From positions 22,581 to 86,580 of the forward strand of contig JAISXW010000020.1 in NCBI GenBank assembly GCA_031270325.1: DNA of 64,000 bases. Reading direction: 5' to 3'. The notes under the pieces were generated by a model that was given only the letters and a program-made list of their open reading frames with translations, ran no database searches and was not told where the DNA came from. Below, piece after piece: positions 1 through 9,793 of this stretch; position 1 is the first letter of the stretch; every line of letters starts with the position of its first letter. Source of the stretch: Streptococcaceae bacterium. Its GTDB lineage: Bacteria > Bacillota > Bacilli > Lactobacillales > Streptococcaceae. Both the position numbers and the translations under genes were made by a program.

Positions 1-880
1 CAATAATCGCCTGAGTTTCAGCAGCAATCTCATCTGGCGAGCCAGCGTACAAGACATCTTTAGTGGTGTTGCCAAAACCACCAAGCAAGACCTTATCTGG
101 GAAAATCTGTCGTCCCTCAGAGAGGCTAAAACCCTCTACAGCTGTTGCCCAATTGACGATATCAGCTGGGTAATCAGTGAAGTCTCCCAGTTGGTTGCTG
201 GCACCTTCGTAGCCACAGATATGGAGGACGTTCGTCCCGCCGGCCCCTTGTGCTGCGGATAAAACAGTGAAATCGCTCGGCTTGACATAGGTTTCAAAAA
301 TGCTTGGATCCGGCGTGCTTTGGATGTTTTGCGTGCTGTAATAAATGCCATCTGTGCCCCCTTCTTGAATCACGGCAACTGCTAAATTCGCAATCGATTG
401 ACTAACGACGTCAAAGACGTGCGCCACGACTTTGGCATCATGCTGCTGGATAAACGCAACAAGCTTGTCATCGCCATCAAAGCTAAACTTGAGATAGGTC
501 GCCGGTGCAAAGATGTTATAAAAAGAAAAAATGTCTTTGATGAACTGGGCTCGTTGTGATTTGACGAGGTCGACCTGCCCACTAATCCAAGGGTGGTCAG
601 CTGTCAGCGGCACCAGCGCCAATAGCACGTCATCCGCTGCCGTTTCAAAGTCAGCTGATCCAGGATAAATAAAAAAGCCATCACTCATTAGCTTGATAAA
701 ATCCGGATCAAAGGCCGCAATATAGCCTTTGTGGCCATTAATGTTTTCAGCAATCAGCTCCGGCTCACCAGAAGCATCGACTAATTCATCTCTAAAGAAA
801 TGATACCAAAAGCCCGTTGGGATCTGGTCAACTGTCTCGCCGTCCAAGACGGCTTGAAATCTTGCTCTTTTATCTGTCAT
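1..880 (-). CDS. Uroporphyrinogen decarboxylase (URO-D/MtaA-like) family protein, runs off the window start
   Basis: Not in the ORF track; read manually. ATG at 880 with RBS AGGAGA. Translates MTDKRARFQAVLDGETVDQIPTGFWYHF...DFIKLMSDGFF...VLHICGYEG...VNWA...VLLGGFGN. Confidence 0.8.
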   Translation of the reverse strand, partial: MTDKRARFQAVLDGETVDQIPTGFWYHFFRDELVDASGEPELIAENINGHKGYIAAFDPDFIKLMSDGFFIYPGSADFETAADDVLLALVPLTADHPWISGQVDLVKSQRAQFIKDIFSFYNIFAPATYLKFSFDGDDKLVAFIQQHDAKVVAHVFDVVSQSIANLAVAVIQEGGTDGIYYSTQNIQSTPDPSIFETYVKPSDFTVLSAAQGAGGTNVLHICGYEGASNQLGDFTDYPADIVNWATAVEGFSLSEGRQIFPDKVLLGGFGNTTKDVLYAGSPDEIAAETQAII

Positions 881-1261
881 TGTATCTCCTCCTATACTAT
901 AAGTGACAAACCTTAATAAATCAATAAATTCGATTTCGATTTAAAATTCATGACTGAACTTTTTAAGCTTGTTATTATTCTACCCGCTTTATTAAATTTT
1001 GGCATTTTAAATTTTTTATCTTGGCTTATCGTTTTTTTATTGTCTGACAGCTTGTCTTGCTTTTTGTGCTTGCTGCTCGTGCCTTCCTTTGGCTCAAAAT
1101 AGCCTGGTGACAGGTTCAAAGTCTCGCCGCTGGTCTGATGGCACAGATCTTTAGAGTCCAACATGCGTCAATATCACTGTCAGATTTACGACGCTAATCA
1201 TTACAAAGACGAGCCAATTGCTCAAATATTCGGTTTTTCATAATCATATCCAGCCAAGCAA

Positions 1262-1290
1262 AACAACCCAGACCATAAGTCTGAGTTGTT
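1262..1290 (-). terminator. Hairpin downstream of the flavocytochrome gene
   Basis: AACAACCCAGAC-cataa-GTCTGAGTTGTT inverted repeat with a T-run on the minus strand. Confidence 0.55.
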
Positions 1291-1330
1291 GGTGTGCAAT
1301 CAAGTGGTTTGAGCCTTCGCTTGCTTGACC

Positions 1331-2836
1331 TTATTTTTTAGCATAAGCAGCCGCTTGTGTGCCTGCTTGGCGCCCAAAGATGATGATATCTGCGACAGCG
1401 TTGCCACCAATTCGGTTGCTGCCGTGGAGGCCACCGGTCACTTCGCCTGCTGCATAGAGACCTGGAATTGCTTTGCCATCTTGCTTCAAGACTTCTGTAT
1501 TGGTGTTAATCTTGACACCACCCATGATATGATGAATCCCTGGTGAGACAGGAATCGCATAGTAAGTCCCCGTGATCGCCTTGCTCATCCCAGTGCTACG
1601 ACCAAAGGCACTATCCGTTTTGCTAGCGACCGCTTCGTTCCAGCTCGCCACTGTTTTGTCGAGTTGACTTTGGTCAACGCCAATCTTCTTAGCTAATTCA
1701 GTCAAAGAGCTTGCGGACGTGACTATCTTTTTAGAGATATATTGATCAATCGCTTTGACCGCTGACTTGGTCGCATCGCCAAAGATGATATAGGCTGTTT
1801 GCCCAGTCTGTTTGAGCTCAGCAGCAGAGACTTTATCGCGTGTATCCATTTCATTGACAAAGCGTTTGCCGGCTTTGTTGACCAAAATCGCCCCTTCGCC
1901 ACGGACAGCCTCGGTGACCAAGTAGCCCGTTTTCTTGAAAACAGTCGGATGAATCTGAATCTTATCCAAGTCAACCGTCGCCCCACCGAGCTTTTCAATC
2001 ATTTTAATCCCATCACCTGTTGCACCTGCCGCATTGGTCGACACATAGTCTTTGAGGTCTGGGCGATACTTCTTGATCATAGCTTTATTAGCACCAAAAC
2101 CACCCGTCGTCACGACCACAGCTTTAGCTGAAATCGTCTTGGTCTTCGTCTCATCAACCTTGACCTTAACGCCAGATATCTTCCCGTCTTTTTCCGTAAT
2201 AGCAGTCACATCACTATTGACAAACAAAGGAATCTCTCTGCTTTTGATGTTTTTCTCGAGACCTGCTACCAGATATTGACCAATGGCTGAACCATCTGAT
2301 GGGCGGTGAGTTCTGGCAACACTCATACCACCCGTTGTGGTCAAGTTGTCTAAGACAATCCCGTTGGTCGCCAGCCAATCAATCGCACTGGCTGAGTGAT
2401 CGACAAAATAACGGAGCAAGGCTTGGTCATTAGTGCCGCCACCGCCTTTTAATGTTTCATCAAAAAATTGTTGATTGCTATCGGCAACCCCCTGTGCGTG
2501 TTCGACCGTTGTTTCAGAAGCATTCATCCCAGCAGAAGACTTCGAGGTATTGCCACCAGCCACCGGCATTTTCTCAAGAATAACTGGATTCATTCCAGCA
2601 TCCTTAGCTTCGATTGCTGCGGTCATCCCCGCCCCACCTGCGCCGATGATGACCACATCATAGCTAGACTTCATCTCAGATGTCGGGGTGTAAGCCGACT
2701 TAGCAGAGGCTGCTGCGGTCGCATCTGATGTCGATGGCTTCGTTTTCTTTACTGCCTTTTGACCACCACAAGCTGCCAACGTCAACACAGCCGCCACAGT
2801 CAGCGTCCCAGTGACAAGTTTTTGCCATTTCTTCAT
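1331..2836 (-). CDS. Lipoprotein flavocytochrome c / extracellular fumarate reductase flavoprotein (FrdA-like)
   Basis: Lipobox LAAC; GAGGAG FAD-binding motif; IQIHPT, DTRDK, HHIMGG and GSNRIGGN active-site motifs. Confidence 0.9.
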   Translation of the reverse strand: MKKWQKLVTGTLTVAAVLTLAACGGQKAVKKTKPSTSDATAAASAKSAYTPTSEMKSSYDVVIIGAGGAGMTAAIEAKDAGMNPVILEKMPVAGGNTSKSSAGMNASETTVEHAQGVADSNQQFFDETLKGGGGTNDQALLRYFVDHSASAIDWLATNGIVLDNLTTTGGMSVARTHRPSDGSAIGQYLVAGLEKNIKSREIPLFVNSDVTAITEKDGKISGVKVKVDETKTKTISAKAVVVTTGGFGANKAMIKKYRPDLKDYVSTNAAGATGDGIKMIEKLGGATVDLDKIQIHPTVFKKTGYLVTEAVRGEGAILVNKAGKRFVNEMDTRDKVSAAELKQTGQTAYIIFGDATKSAVKAIDQYISKKIVTSASSLTELAKKIGVDQSQLDKTVASWNEAVASKTDSAFGRSTGMSKAITGTYYAIPVSPGIHHIMGGVKINTNTEVLKQDGKAIPGLYAAGEVTGGLHGSNRIGGNAVADIIIFGRQAGTQAAAYAKK

Positions 2837-3111
2837 TTCCTTTTCTCTTCCTCCAAATCAACTATTGAGCCGAAACTCATATCTTTTCCCTACCATACGC
2901 TAGAGAATCCTTATTTATTATAACAAAATCTCCAGCAAAAACCGACTCCGATCTGACACTTGCTAAAATAACTGACCAAGACTTTGGCAAGTGCAGGCCT
3001 ACACTTCGGTAAGTCACGGCCAACACTTTGGCAAGTCATGCCATCACTTTGATAAGTCATGAGCATCACTTTGGTCGGGGTTTGGGGAGGACGGGCGTTG
3101 CGTTCTGGGTT

Positions 3112-3218
3112 TTGTCTCAAAACAGCGTGGCGACCCGCTCTCCAATCTGCGATTTCCGAGCTAACTGGCGAGCCTGAGTCTCGCCAGTTGTCTGGATGCC
3201 ACAACTGTTTTGAGCCAA
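3112..3218 (-). mobile_element. 107-bp MITE-like element, reverse orientation relative to the other copies
   Basis: Terminal inverted repeats TTGTCTCAAAAC...GTTTTGAGCCAA; interior is the reverse complement of the copies at 23231, 29367 and 61935. Confidence 0.6.
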
Positions 3219-3343
3219 AGCCCGCCACTTCACTTGGGTGGTTGGCGGGCAAGTCTTCGCATCGACTTGTCCAAGTACTCGCATCGACTTGAGCAAAGAC
3301 TGAACACACCCATAAAAAACACCACTGAATAGCGTGAAGAGGG

Positions 3344-3450
3344 TTGACTCAAAAGAGCTGTGGGTAAAATACAAGTTGCGAGACCTAGGCTCGCAGCTTA
3401 GCTGGAAAAGCGAACCTTTGAAAGCGTGTCCCCACGCTGTTTTGAGATGA
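3344..3450 (+). mobile_element. 107-bp MITE-like element, degenerate copy
   Basis: TTGACTCAAAAG...GTTTTGAGATGA ends; interior GCGAGACC-TAGGCTCGC and AAAGCGTGTC as in the other copies. Confidence 0.55.
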
Positions 3451-3649
3451 GCCTCGGAAGGCAACGAGTCAGCCAGCACACCGATTCGAGACCAATCTCG
3501 CAAGACAAGGAATATTAGCCTAGCAAGACTCGGAAAACTCCCCATGGGAGTTTTGCCAACTGCTCTTGACGACTTGGCAAAAAGCTCGCATACTTTTGAA
3601 CAAAGACAGTCATGCCACCAAAATCACCTCGGAACGAAACGGTTCACCT

Positions 3650-3880
3650 ACCACACCGATTCGAGACCAATCTCGCAAGACAAGGAAAAATCCCCAGCAA
3701 GACTCGGACAAGTTACCATGGTAGTTTGCTCAACTTACCATGGAGGTTTGTCCAAATTACCATGGTAGTTTGCCTAACTTACCATGGAACTTTGTCCAAG
3801 TTACCATGGTAGTTTGCTCAACTTGCCATGGCAACTTAGGCAACTGCTCTTGACGACTTGGCAAAAGACTCAAGAGCTTT
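3650..3880 (+). repeat. BOX-like cassette with six 22-bp palindromic CCATGG units
   Basis: Left flank CCACACCGATTCGAGACC...AGACTCGG; units of AAGTTACCATGGTAGTTTGCTC type; right flank CAACTGCTCTTGACGACTTGGCAAAA. A one-unit copy lies at about 3476-3597. Confidence 0.9.
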
Positions 3881-3968
3881 CGGGCAAGTCCTCCTAAGCA
3901 GCAACAGCGCCCTCGCTGTCTAGTCGGGAGACTCAAATGACCTGTGACAGTCATTTTAAGGCCAGCGC

Positions 3969-4838
3969 TCACGACCAGTCAGGGTACTCTATCAAAATAT
4001 CCTGTCCTTGATAAACCAATTTCGCCCCTTCCTGAATCAGATGATGGCAGCCATCAGACAACCCATCCGTGATATTGCCCGGAATGGCAAAGACATCTCG
4101 GCCTTCCTCCATCGCACGCTCACAAGTAATCAAACTGCCTGAGCGCAATTTCGCCTCTGTCACCACGACCCCACGCGATAATCCCGCAATAATCCGGTTA
4201 CGCTCAGGAAAATGATACGCTAAAGGCTTTTCACTAGCGCCATACTCCGTCAATAACAGCTGATGTGTTGCCAGATACGCCTGCAATTGACGATTCTCCC
4301 GTGGATAGCTGACATCGAGACCTGTGCCGATAATGCCAATCGTTTGCCCACCATTTTTCATGGCAGCAATGTGACTAGCCGTATCAATCCCCCTAGCCAA
4401 GCCACTGACAATCACACAGCGAGCGCCCAAATCTTTAATGATTTTTTGAACACTGCTAACCCCTTTCCGGCTACACGCCCGACTACCGACAAAAGCGAGC
4501 TTCGGTTGCTCTAGCAAGGTCAAGTCCCCTTGATAAAATAGCAGAACGGGCGGATTGTAGATTTCTCGTAAAGACTCTGGATAGACCGCATCATTGATTG
4601 AAAAAGATGGAAACTTCAAAAATTCTGCCCGCAAGGCCTTGAGATCCAATCGTCGATACTTTTCCCAAAACTGTGCCTGATGGGACATGGCAGACAGGCG
4701 AATAAACTTGGGTAAATGCAAGAGTGGCTGACCCTTTTGCCCATCAGCTTCGATAACAGCGAGATAAGCCAGAAATCGGTTAATCATCAGATTACTCATT
4801 CCTGCTTTTTTCAAACGGTAAAGCTCAAAATTTGTCAT
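3969..4838 (-). CDS. dprA: DNA-processing protein DprA
   Basis: YPESLREIYNPPVLLFYQG, VGSR, VSGLARGID, FPERNRII, SGSLIT motifs. Start placed at ATG 4838 (MTNFELY) after RBS GGAGG. Confidence 0.95.
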   Translation of the reverse strand: MTNFELYRLKKAGMSNLMINRFLAYLAVIEADGQKGQPLLHLPKFIRLSAMSHQAQFWEKYRRLDLKALRAEFLKFPSFSINDAVYPESLREIYNPPVLLFYQGDLTLLEQPKLAFVGSRACSRKGVSSVQKIIKDLGARCVIVSGLARGIDTASHIAAMKNGGQTIGIIGTGLDVSYPRENRQLQAYLATHQLLLTEYGASEKPLAYHFPERNRIIAGLSRGVVVTEAKLRSGSLITCERAMEEGRDVFAIPGNITDGLSDGCHHLIQEGAKLVYQGQDILIEYPDWS

Positions 4839-4858
4839 TATTTTTTCCTCCACTTACT

Positions 4859-4868
4859 TATACGAAAA
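4859..4868 (-). promoter_or_regulatory. ComX (sigma-X) box upstream of dprA
   Basis: TTTTCGTATA on the minus strand, matching the lactococcal Com-box -10 element; overlaps a terminator hairpin of the upstream gene. Confidence 0.7.
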
Positions 4869-4902
4869 AAGCAACGATTGAATCGCTGCTTTTGTCAATT
4901 TT

Positions 4903-5532
4903 TTATTTTATCGGATGGCGAATGACGGTTTTGAGCTTCTCTGGTGCGGTCTTGCGTGGGTCGCTGAGGTAAATCTCATGATGTCGCCGATGACCAGCCA
5001 GATCTTCCTGATAACCACTCGCCTTGACAAACTCTGACAAGGTCACGATCGTGGCAGGTTCATCGTCATAAGGACCGATATGCATGACTTGTGCGCAAAG
5101 ACCCTCGGTCAATTTTTCCAAGCGCACAGCAGATAAGTCGAGTTGTGGCTTTTTCTTGGCCAGCACTTGCTTGGCATTCTCAAAGATTTCCGGCGTCACA
5201 AAGTTCGGTTGGCGAATCATCATCGTCCACAGAAACTGGCCCTTGTCTACTATCGCCTGCCCACCGCCTGTAAATGCACCACCATCATCAAGTGTCCACA
5301 GCCCCTCAAGCGGCGGCACGACATAAGCGAAGTAACCGGGTAAGGTCTTATTCATGCGAATCGCATAAGACAGGCCATAAAGTGTTTGAATCGCAGCTGC
5401 GTAAGCCTCGCTCGTGTTGGGGTCACCTTTGCCAGCAACCGCCAAAAAAGTCATTTCCGGAATATCAATGACTTGCGGTGTCGTTTTCGGCAGATAGAAC
5501 TGTTTCTCCGTTTTCTTATAATCCATTACCAT
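4903..5532 (-). CDS. GyrI-like small-molecule-binding domain protein
   Basis: GKGDPN, YVVPPLEGLW, WTMMIRQP, HIGPYDDE, HHEIYLSDPR, LKTVIRHP motifs. Confidence 0.85.
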   Translation of the reverse strand: MVMDYKKTEKQFYLPKTTPQVIDIPEMTFLAVAGKGDPNTSEAYAAAIQTLYGLSYAIRMNKTLPGYFAYVVPPLEGLWTLDDGGAFTGGGQAIVDKGQFLWTMMIRQPNFVTPEIFENAKQVLAKKKPQLDLSAVRLEKLTEGLCAQVMHIGPYDDEPATIVTLSEFVKASGYQEDLAGHRRHHEIYLSDPRKTAPEKLKTVIRHPIK

Positions 5533-5562
5533 CCGGGTACCACTTTCTTTCGATAAAATTAC

Positions 5563-5955
5563 TTAGGATAAGTCCTTAAACTGATAAGGTAACAGCTCGC
5601 CAACAGTTGTGACTTTGACGTCACCAGACTTGGAGAAGAGGTAGACCGGCATCTCAGCTGAGCAAAACTCACTCAGCACTTGGCGGCAAGCTCCGCAGGG
5701 AGAGATCGGCGTATCTGTCTCCCCATAAATGCCAATCCGCTCAAAGTCGCGGACACCGCTAGAAACAGCTTTGAAAATCGCCGTCCGCTCGGCACAATTG
5801 GTCAAGCCAAAGCTGGCATTTTCGATATTACAGCCTTGAAAGACCAGACCGTTCTTAGCCACTAAGGCTGCACCAACTGGGAAATGAGAGTAAGGCACAT
5901 AGGCAACACTCGCTGCATCGCGCGCTTGTTTAAAAAGCTCAGTATCCGTCGCCAT
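5563..5955 (-). CDS. cdd: Cytidine deaminase
   Basis: [31 protein letters not shown]. Confidence 0.97.
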   Translation of the reverse strand: MATDTELFKQARDAASVAYVPYSHFPVGAALVAKNGLVFQGCNIENASFGLTNCAERTAIFKAVSSGVRDFERIGIYGETDTPISPCGACRQVLSEFCSAEMPVYLFSKSGDVKVTTVGELLPYQFKDLS

Positions 5956-6604
5956 CTGCCACGTTCCCTTTCATGATGTCGACCCCGTTTGACGTTCCCA
6001 GACGTGTGGCACCAGCAGCAATCATGGCTTGTGCATCTTCGATTGAACGGACACCGCCTGAGGCTTTGACTCCCATGTCTGGTCCGACAGTTTGACGCAT
6101 TAATTTAATATCGGCAACTGTTGCACCGGCAGTCGAAAAGCCTGTCGATGTCTTGACAAAATCAGCACCCGCCGCAACTGCGGCTTGACAAGCCTTGACT
6201 TTCTCATCATCTGTCAAGAGTGACGTTTCGATAATGACTTTAGTCGTTGCCGCACCAGAGGCTGCGACAACGGCTTCAATGTCAGAAGCAACCAATACCC
6301 AATCGCCATCTTTAGCAGCCCCGATATTGATGACCATATCGACTTCGTCTGCACCATTTTTGACAGCATCAGCTGCTTCAAATGCCTTAACTTCTGAGGT
6401 ATTAGCACCTAAAGGAAACCCGATAACTGTACAAACCTTGACATCTGTATCAGCTAATTTTTCAGCTGCAAATGACACCCAAGCTGGGTTAAGACAAACA
6501 CTCATGAAATCATAGTGAATGGCTTCATCAATAATTTGTTGAACCTTTACTTGCGGTGTGTCAGCTTTTAAGACGGTATGATCGATATACTTGTTTAAAT
6601 TCAT
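5939..6604 (-). CDS. deoC: Deoxyribose-phosphate aldolase
   Basis: [40 protein letters not shown]. Confidence 0.97.
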   Translation of the reverse strand: MNLNKYIDHTVLKADTPQVKVQQIIDEAIHYDFMSVCLNPAWVSFAAEKLADTDVKVCTVIGFPLGANTSEVKAFEAADAVKNGADEVDMVINIGAAKDGDWVLVASDIEAVVAASGAATTKVIIETSLLTDDEKVKACQAAVAAGADFVKTSTGFSTAGATVADIKLMRQTVGPDMGVKASGGVRSIEDAQAMIAAGATRLGTSNGVDIMKGNVADGDGY

Positions 6605-7893
6605 TTGATAATCTCCACGATTTCTTTTAGTTTAATTTTTTCTTCTGAGATACTGACGGCTGCCAGCATTTGTGCTGCGGCTTGATCCGCATCAAAGTCT
6701 GCATGATTATAGACGATTTCAAAAAGTGGTTCGCCTTTGACGACTTGATCGCCGATCTTTTTAAACAGGCGAAGCCCTGCGTCTAAGTCCAAGACATCCG
6801 ACTTGGTCGCCCGACCTGCGCCAGCTCTCATAGCGAGATGACCTGCAGTCAAGGCGTCAAACGCTGTCAAATAACCGCTTTGCTGACTCAAGACGACTTT
6901 GGAAAATGCCGTTTGATGTTCAGGTGTTGTCAGCAATTCAGTCACATCCCCACCTTGTGCGACAACCAGTTGCTTGAATTTCTCCAATGCTGCACCATTT
7001 GACAAGTGTGCTAAAATCTCATCAAGAGATTTGCTAACCCCACCCAATTGCAACAGCATTTGTGCCAACTCAGCGATAAATTGTCGTAGCTGAGGGGAGC
7101 CAGCCCCCTCTAAGATAGCCAGACTCTCTGCGATTTCAAGACGATTGCCAATCGTTGTACCAAGTGGCTGTCTCATATCCGTAATCACTGCCACAGTCTG
7201 ACGACCCACAGCATTTCCCAAGTCAACCATCGTTTGCGCGAGAACACGCGCATCTTCCAGATTTTTCATAAAAGCACCGCTGCCGACCGTCACATCGAGC
7301 AGGATAGCATCACTACCAGCAGCGATTTTTTTAGACATGATCGAGCTGGCAATCAAAGGAATGATGTCAACCGTCGCTGTCACATCCCTTAGCGCGTAAA
7401 GGAGCTTGTCAGCCTTGACCAGCTCATCTGACTGGCCAATGACCGAAATGCCAATGTCTTTCACTTGGTCGACAAAGTTTTGCTGGGTCTGCTCGACTTG
7501 GAAGCCTTGGATACTCTCTAGCTTATCGAGCGTACCACCAGTGTGACCAAGACCACGACCACTCATCTTGGCAACTGGCACACCAAAGCTTGCGACCAAA
7601 GGTGCCAAAATAATCGTCACCTTATCTCCAACACCACCGGTTGAATGCTTGTCAACCTTAATGCCCGAAATACTTGATAAGTCAATCTGCTGACCACTAG
7701 CAACCATTGCCATCGTCAAGTCAGCAGTTTCAGCCATGGTCATCCCCTGAAAGTAAACCGCCATTGCCCATGCCGCCATTTGATAGTCTGGAATCTCCCC
7801 CTGTGTATAATGGTCAATCATCCAAGTTGTTTCACGCTTTGTCAACGCCTGACCATCTCTTTTCTTCTGAATGAGGTCAACCATTCTCAACAT
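6601..7893 (-). CDS. pdp: Pyrimidine-nucleoside phosphorylase
   Basis: [35 protein letters not shown]; operon with deoC and cdd. Confidence 0.95.
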   Translation of the reverse strand: MLRMVDLIQKKRDGQALTKRETTWMIDHYTQGEIPDYQMAAWAMAVYFQGMTMAETADLTMAMVASGQQIDLSSISGIKVDKHSTGGVGDKVTIILAPLVASFGVPVAKMSGRGLGHTGGTLDKLESIQGFQVEQTQQNFVDQVKDIGISVIGQSDELVKADKLLYALRDVTATVDIIPLIASSIMSKKIAAGSDAILLDVTVGSGAFMKNLEDARVLAQTMVDLGNAVGRQTVAVITDMRQPLGTTIGNRLEIAESLAILEGAGSPQLRQFIAELAQMLLQLGGVSKSLDEILAHLSNGAALEKFKQLVVAQGGDVTELLTTPEHQTAFSKVVLSQQSGYLTAFDALTAGHLAMRAGAGRATKSDVLDLDAGLRLFKKIGDQVVKGEPLFEIVYNHADFDADQAAAQMLAAVSISEEKIKLKEIVEIIK

Positions 7894-7952
7894 CTGCCAC
7901 GCTCCTTAATCTTCCAACTTGACCAAACTCAAGAAAAAACAGCCTGAAAGCA

Positions 7953-8534
7953 CTATTTGCTTTCATAGCCATTTTCAATCTTGGCCGCATCATTTTCAAC
8001 AAACCCAAAATCACTGACAGGCGCATACTTAAACTTGAGCTCTCCGAGGATATCATCTTTAGGAATCGCACCAAAAGTCCGACTATCTTCTTTGACATCA
8101 CGGGAATCATTTAAAATCCAATAGGTATCTTTTGCCAATCTATCTTGGCGGAAATCTGTCGTATAGTTCTCATCATGCGTGGTCAGATAGGTCATCTGAT
8201 TACTCTTGATATAAGGTTCTTTTAGAATCTTTTGATCGACATAGACGATATTATCCATAGCAATCACACTTTGACCTGGTGTGCCAATAATCCGACCGAC
8301 ATACTTTTTGCCACCATGTCGGTAAGCCACTAAATCGAGATTATCAAGTTTTGTCCGTTTAATCGCCAACACCTGCGTTTTTCGAGGCAAGATCGGTGCC
8401 ATGTTATTGTTGTGAATCCGAATCGGCTCCAACACAAATACGCGTAAGAAAACCAACACTGCGACAATTACCAAACCAAACAAAATATTGCTATATAAGT
8501 CTCTCTTAACCATTTCACTAAAACTTTCTAACAC
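7953..8534 (-). CDS. Signal peptidase I (S26) homolog lacking the catalytic Ser/Lys dyad
   Basis: N-terminal TM helix; xxxMAPIL box B, YVGRIIGTPG box D, YWILNDSR..SEDSRTFG-like box E. Confidence 0.8.
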   Translation of the reverse strand: MLESFSEMVKRDLYSNILFGLVIVAVLVFLRVFVLEPIRIHNNNMAPILPRKTQVLAIKRTKLDNLDLVAYRHGGKKYVGRIIGTPGQSVIAMDNIVYVDQKILKEPYIKSNQMTYLTTHDENYTTDFRQDRLAKDTYWILNDSRDVKEDSRTFGAIPKDDILGELKFKYAPVSDFGFVENDAAKIENGYESK

Positions 8535-8670
8535 AAAAGCGAACCTTTGTCGCCGCCTTTTTTACCGACAATCCTGTGAGCCGCAAACACAAGGTCTCTC
8601 AACTACTAGACTATTTGCCACATCACTTGATTGCTAACCGCTATCGCTATTATGATAATAAATGATACAA

Positions 8671-8742
8671 CTGGGGTAGCTGGATTCGAACCAACGCATG
8701 AGGGAGTCAAAGTCCCTTGCCTTACCGCTTGGCTATACCCCA
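8671..8742 (-). tRNA. tRNA-Gln(UUG)
   Basis: TGGGGTATAGCCAAGCGGTAAGGCAAGGGAC-TTTGA-CTCCCTCATGCGTTGGTTCGAATCCAGCTACCCCAG cloverleaf; anticodon TTG; CCA not encoded. Confidence 0.97.
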
Positions 8743-8771
8743 AAAACGAAAAGACAGGCGATAACGCTTGC

Positions 8772-8978
8772 CTACAAGCTCAAGTTGTAAGTCTTGATCG
8801 CCGTCTCCAAAGCATCTGAATACGCTTTGACAGTTTTAATATGCTTGCCATTAACCAGCACATCAAATGCCTCATCAGCAGTCAGCTTGATTTCAGCAAC
8901 TGTTTTTTTACCAACCGTCAAAACAACACCCGTTTGACTATCCACAATCTGAATCTCTGTTTCTTTTTTCTTACTCAT
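8772..8978 (-). CDS. Small conserved protein, DUF2969-like
   Basis: MSKKKETEIQI...ALETAIKTYNL resembles the DUF2969 family; start moved to ATG 8978. Confidence 0.7.
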   Translation of the reverse strand: MSKKKETEIQIVDSQTGVVLTVGKKTVAEIKLTADEAFDVLVNGKHIKTVKAYSDALETAIKTYNLSL

Positions 8979-9010
8979 GTTCTCTATTATATAGCAATGT
9001 CGCCAACTTT

Positions 9011-9793
9011 TCAAGAACTTACCAGCCTCTGCCTTGGGTCTAGGTGCTGCTTCGCTTTTCTAATTTCTGGTTTTAAGCGGCTGATTTCGAGTTGATAGCT
9101 TATCCGCTCATCAACTCTTGGCTCGGATGAAGTTCTAGCAGTGAAGGTTAATAACCTGTCAAATGCTTCTTCTTCTTCTTCTTCAGTGCTTGCCATGTAA
9201 TAACGCATTAAACTTGTTGTAAAGTCCAGCCGATCTAAATCATTGTCGGGGACAAGCAAATAATCCTGTGTTTTAAGTGCACCGATTGCAGCGTTGGCAG
9301 CAATCAGTGCGGTCCGTTTGTTGCCATCTTGAAAAGGCTGGAGTTTGGCGAGACGAGCAAATAATCGCCAAGCGTCCGTTTGATCTTGAGGCAAGTGATG
9401 AAAAGTGTCGACTATTTGTTGCAAATCATCTCGAGTAATCACTTCCGGCGGAAAATAACCTTGACTTGCATTTTTACCAATGATGACCGCAATTCGATCC
9501 GCTTCATTATGGTAAGCGTTTCTGAGATATCCCGGAAGTGTGGGCTGTTCTGGTGAGGGGGTATCAAATGCTTGATTGATCGCAATAATACCAGCAACGC
9601 TAAAGCCGATTTTTTCAATCGCATGGATACCTTTAAGGGCATCTTGAAAGATGGCGACATCTTCTCCCTCTTGATTGAGCGGTGTCGTTGTCCCTGTTTC
9701 TAATGCTTGTTTGGTTTGAAGCACTGTACTCCCATAATCATTCAAACTTCCCAGTGACGTGATAAAGTGTGCTAGTTTTGTATTATCTACCAT
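9011..9793 (-). CDS. Fic/Doc family protein with non-canonical motif
   Basis: LQPFQDGNKRTA compared with canonical HPFxDGN(G/K)R. Confidence 0.85.
   Translation of the reverse strand: MVDNTKLAHFITSLGSLNDYGSTVLQTKQALETGTTTPLNQEGEDVAIFQDALKGIHAIEKIGFSVAGIIAINQAFDTPSPEQPTLPGYLRNAYHNEADRIAVIIGKNASQGYFPPEVITRDDLQQIVDTFHHLPQDQTDAWRLFARLAKLQPFQDGNKRTALIAANAAIGALKTQDYLLVPDNDLDRLDFTTSLMRYYMASTEEEEEEAFDRLLTFTARTSSEPRVDERISYQLEISRLKPEIRKAKQHLDPRQRLVSS

Larger units (their letters stand above)
2975..3885. repeat. Composite modular intergenic repeat: 22-bp mini-arrays, two 107-bp TIR elements and two CCATGG cassettes
   Basis: Modules recur at 35720-36350, 61750-62300, 23231-23338 and 29367-29473. Confidence 0.85.

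Noticed and set aside
136..1164. Short ORFs 136-351, 382-582, 913-1164 and the many antisense shadow ORFs within housekeeping genes
   Set aside because: They are alternative-frame or antisense overlaps of well-supported genes, or lie in AT-rich promoter DNA without an RBS.
3112..3218. GTTTT...AAAAC ends resembling type II-A CRISPR repeats
   Set aside because: Only the terminal pentamers match; the copies are dispersed and 107 bp long.
2911..3972. Short ORFs in the composite repeats (also 23231-23542, 29312-29575, 35654-36326, 61920-62379)
   Set aside because: Their mutual similarity is explained by DNA repeat modules; frames, starts and stops are not conserved between copies.
8671..8742. 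tRNA-Gln as an integration site for the Fic/surface-protein block
   Set aside because: No integrase and no duplicated tRNA 3' end were seen, and the block lies on the 5' side of the tRNA.
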